Below are positions 63,195 through 64,000 of a stretch of 64,000 bases of DNA, piece after piece. Position numbers and translations under genes: made by a program. Position 1 is the stretch's first letter. The number at the start of each line of letters is the position of its first letter. This DNA is from Lama glama. Its lineage: Eukaryota. Location: the NCBI GenBank assembly GCA_028534125.1, contig CM052817.1, positions 101,992,001 to 102,056,000 of the forward strand. Reading direction: 5' to 3'. The notes under the pieces were generated by a model. It was not told the origin of the DNA, ran no database searches, and saw nothing but the letters and a program-made list of their open reading frames with translations.

Positions 63195-64000
63195 ATTTAT
63201 ACTTTTAAGTTTTATATTTAAATCTATGGTCCATTTTTGAGTTAATTTTTGTATAGAGTACAAGAAATGAATCAAAACTCTTTTAGGGAGGTGGCACATG
63301 GTAATCCAATTGTTCCAACACCATTTTTTGAAAAGAGCATCTTTTCTCCATTGAATTATCTTTGCTTCTTTGTTGAAAATATATTTTCACATATAAGTTG
63401 GCCTATTTTTGTATACTTTTTTCTGTTTCAATGATCTATATGCCTACCTTTCACTAATACTACACTGTCCTGATTACTGTAGCTTTATACAGTAAGTCGT
63501 GAAATCAAGTAATGTGAGTTCTTTATTTTTTCTTTACAAAATTAGACTACTAGTTCCTTTGAATTATCATATATATTTTAGAGTCAACTTTCCAATTTCT
63601 ACAAAAAAAATTATTCTGGGATTTTAATTGGAATTGCATTGGATCTATTAAATAGTTTGTGGAGAACTGATATTTTAACATCATTTGATCTTCCAATCTG
63701 TTGACATATTTCTTGATTTATCTATGCATTCTTTGATATTTTTCATCAAAATTCTTAAACTTTCAGTGTATAGATTTTGCATGCATTTTCTTAGATTTAT
63801 ACCTAAGTATTTTATGTTTTTGGTGCTAAAATCAATGGCTCTTTTAAAAGATTTCATTTTCTGATCATTTATTACTAGCATATAGAACTTCACATAATTT
63901 TGTACTTAGATCTTTTGTCTTGTGATTTTGCTAAACTCATTTATTAATGCTTGGAGCTTTTTTCCTGTTTTGTTTTTTTTATAGATTCTTTGAGATTTTC
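63195..64000 (-). mobile_element. Old L1 ORF2 fragment (continues past window)
   Basis: Remnant peptide KNIKYLGINLRKCMQNLYTESLRILMKNIKE. Confidence 0.85.

Noticed and set aside
1..64000. CRISPR array, operon or intact provirus
   Set aside because: Eukaryotic repeat-rich DNA; no repeat-spacer array, no long ORFs and no gag/pol/env seen

Overview
Mammalian genomic DNA, most likely camelid (camel/alpaca/vicuna). That call rests on four tRNA-derived SINEs resembling the camelid Vic-1 family, artiodactyl-type L1 3' ends, and no recognisable Alu, Bov-tA, CHR or PRE-1. It is a draft assembly with three N-gaps. Roughly half of the window is interspersed repeat: L1, L2, MIR, hAT and Tigger DNA elements, and about 15 solo LTRs, several with TG..CA ends and target-site duplications (TSDs). 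The first ~4.1 kb appears to hold the last exons, 3'UTR and polyA signal of an unidentified plus-strand gene. The rest looks intergenic, with a few candidate regulatory elements: an ETS+YY1 promoter-like module at ~26.05 kb and a very dense RUNX/TEAD/C-EBP/ATF4/octamer cluster at ~35.7 kb. I could not confirm any complete protein-coding gene, RNA gene or CRISPR array, and I see no convincing novel multi-gene system. Repeat family names come from recalled consensus similarity, not a database search. Boundaries without a TSD are approximate.
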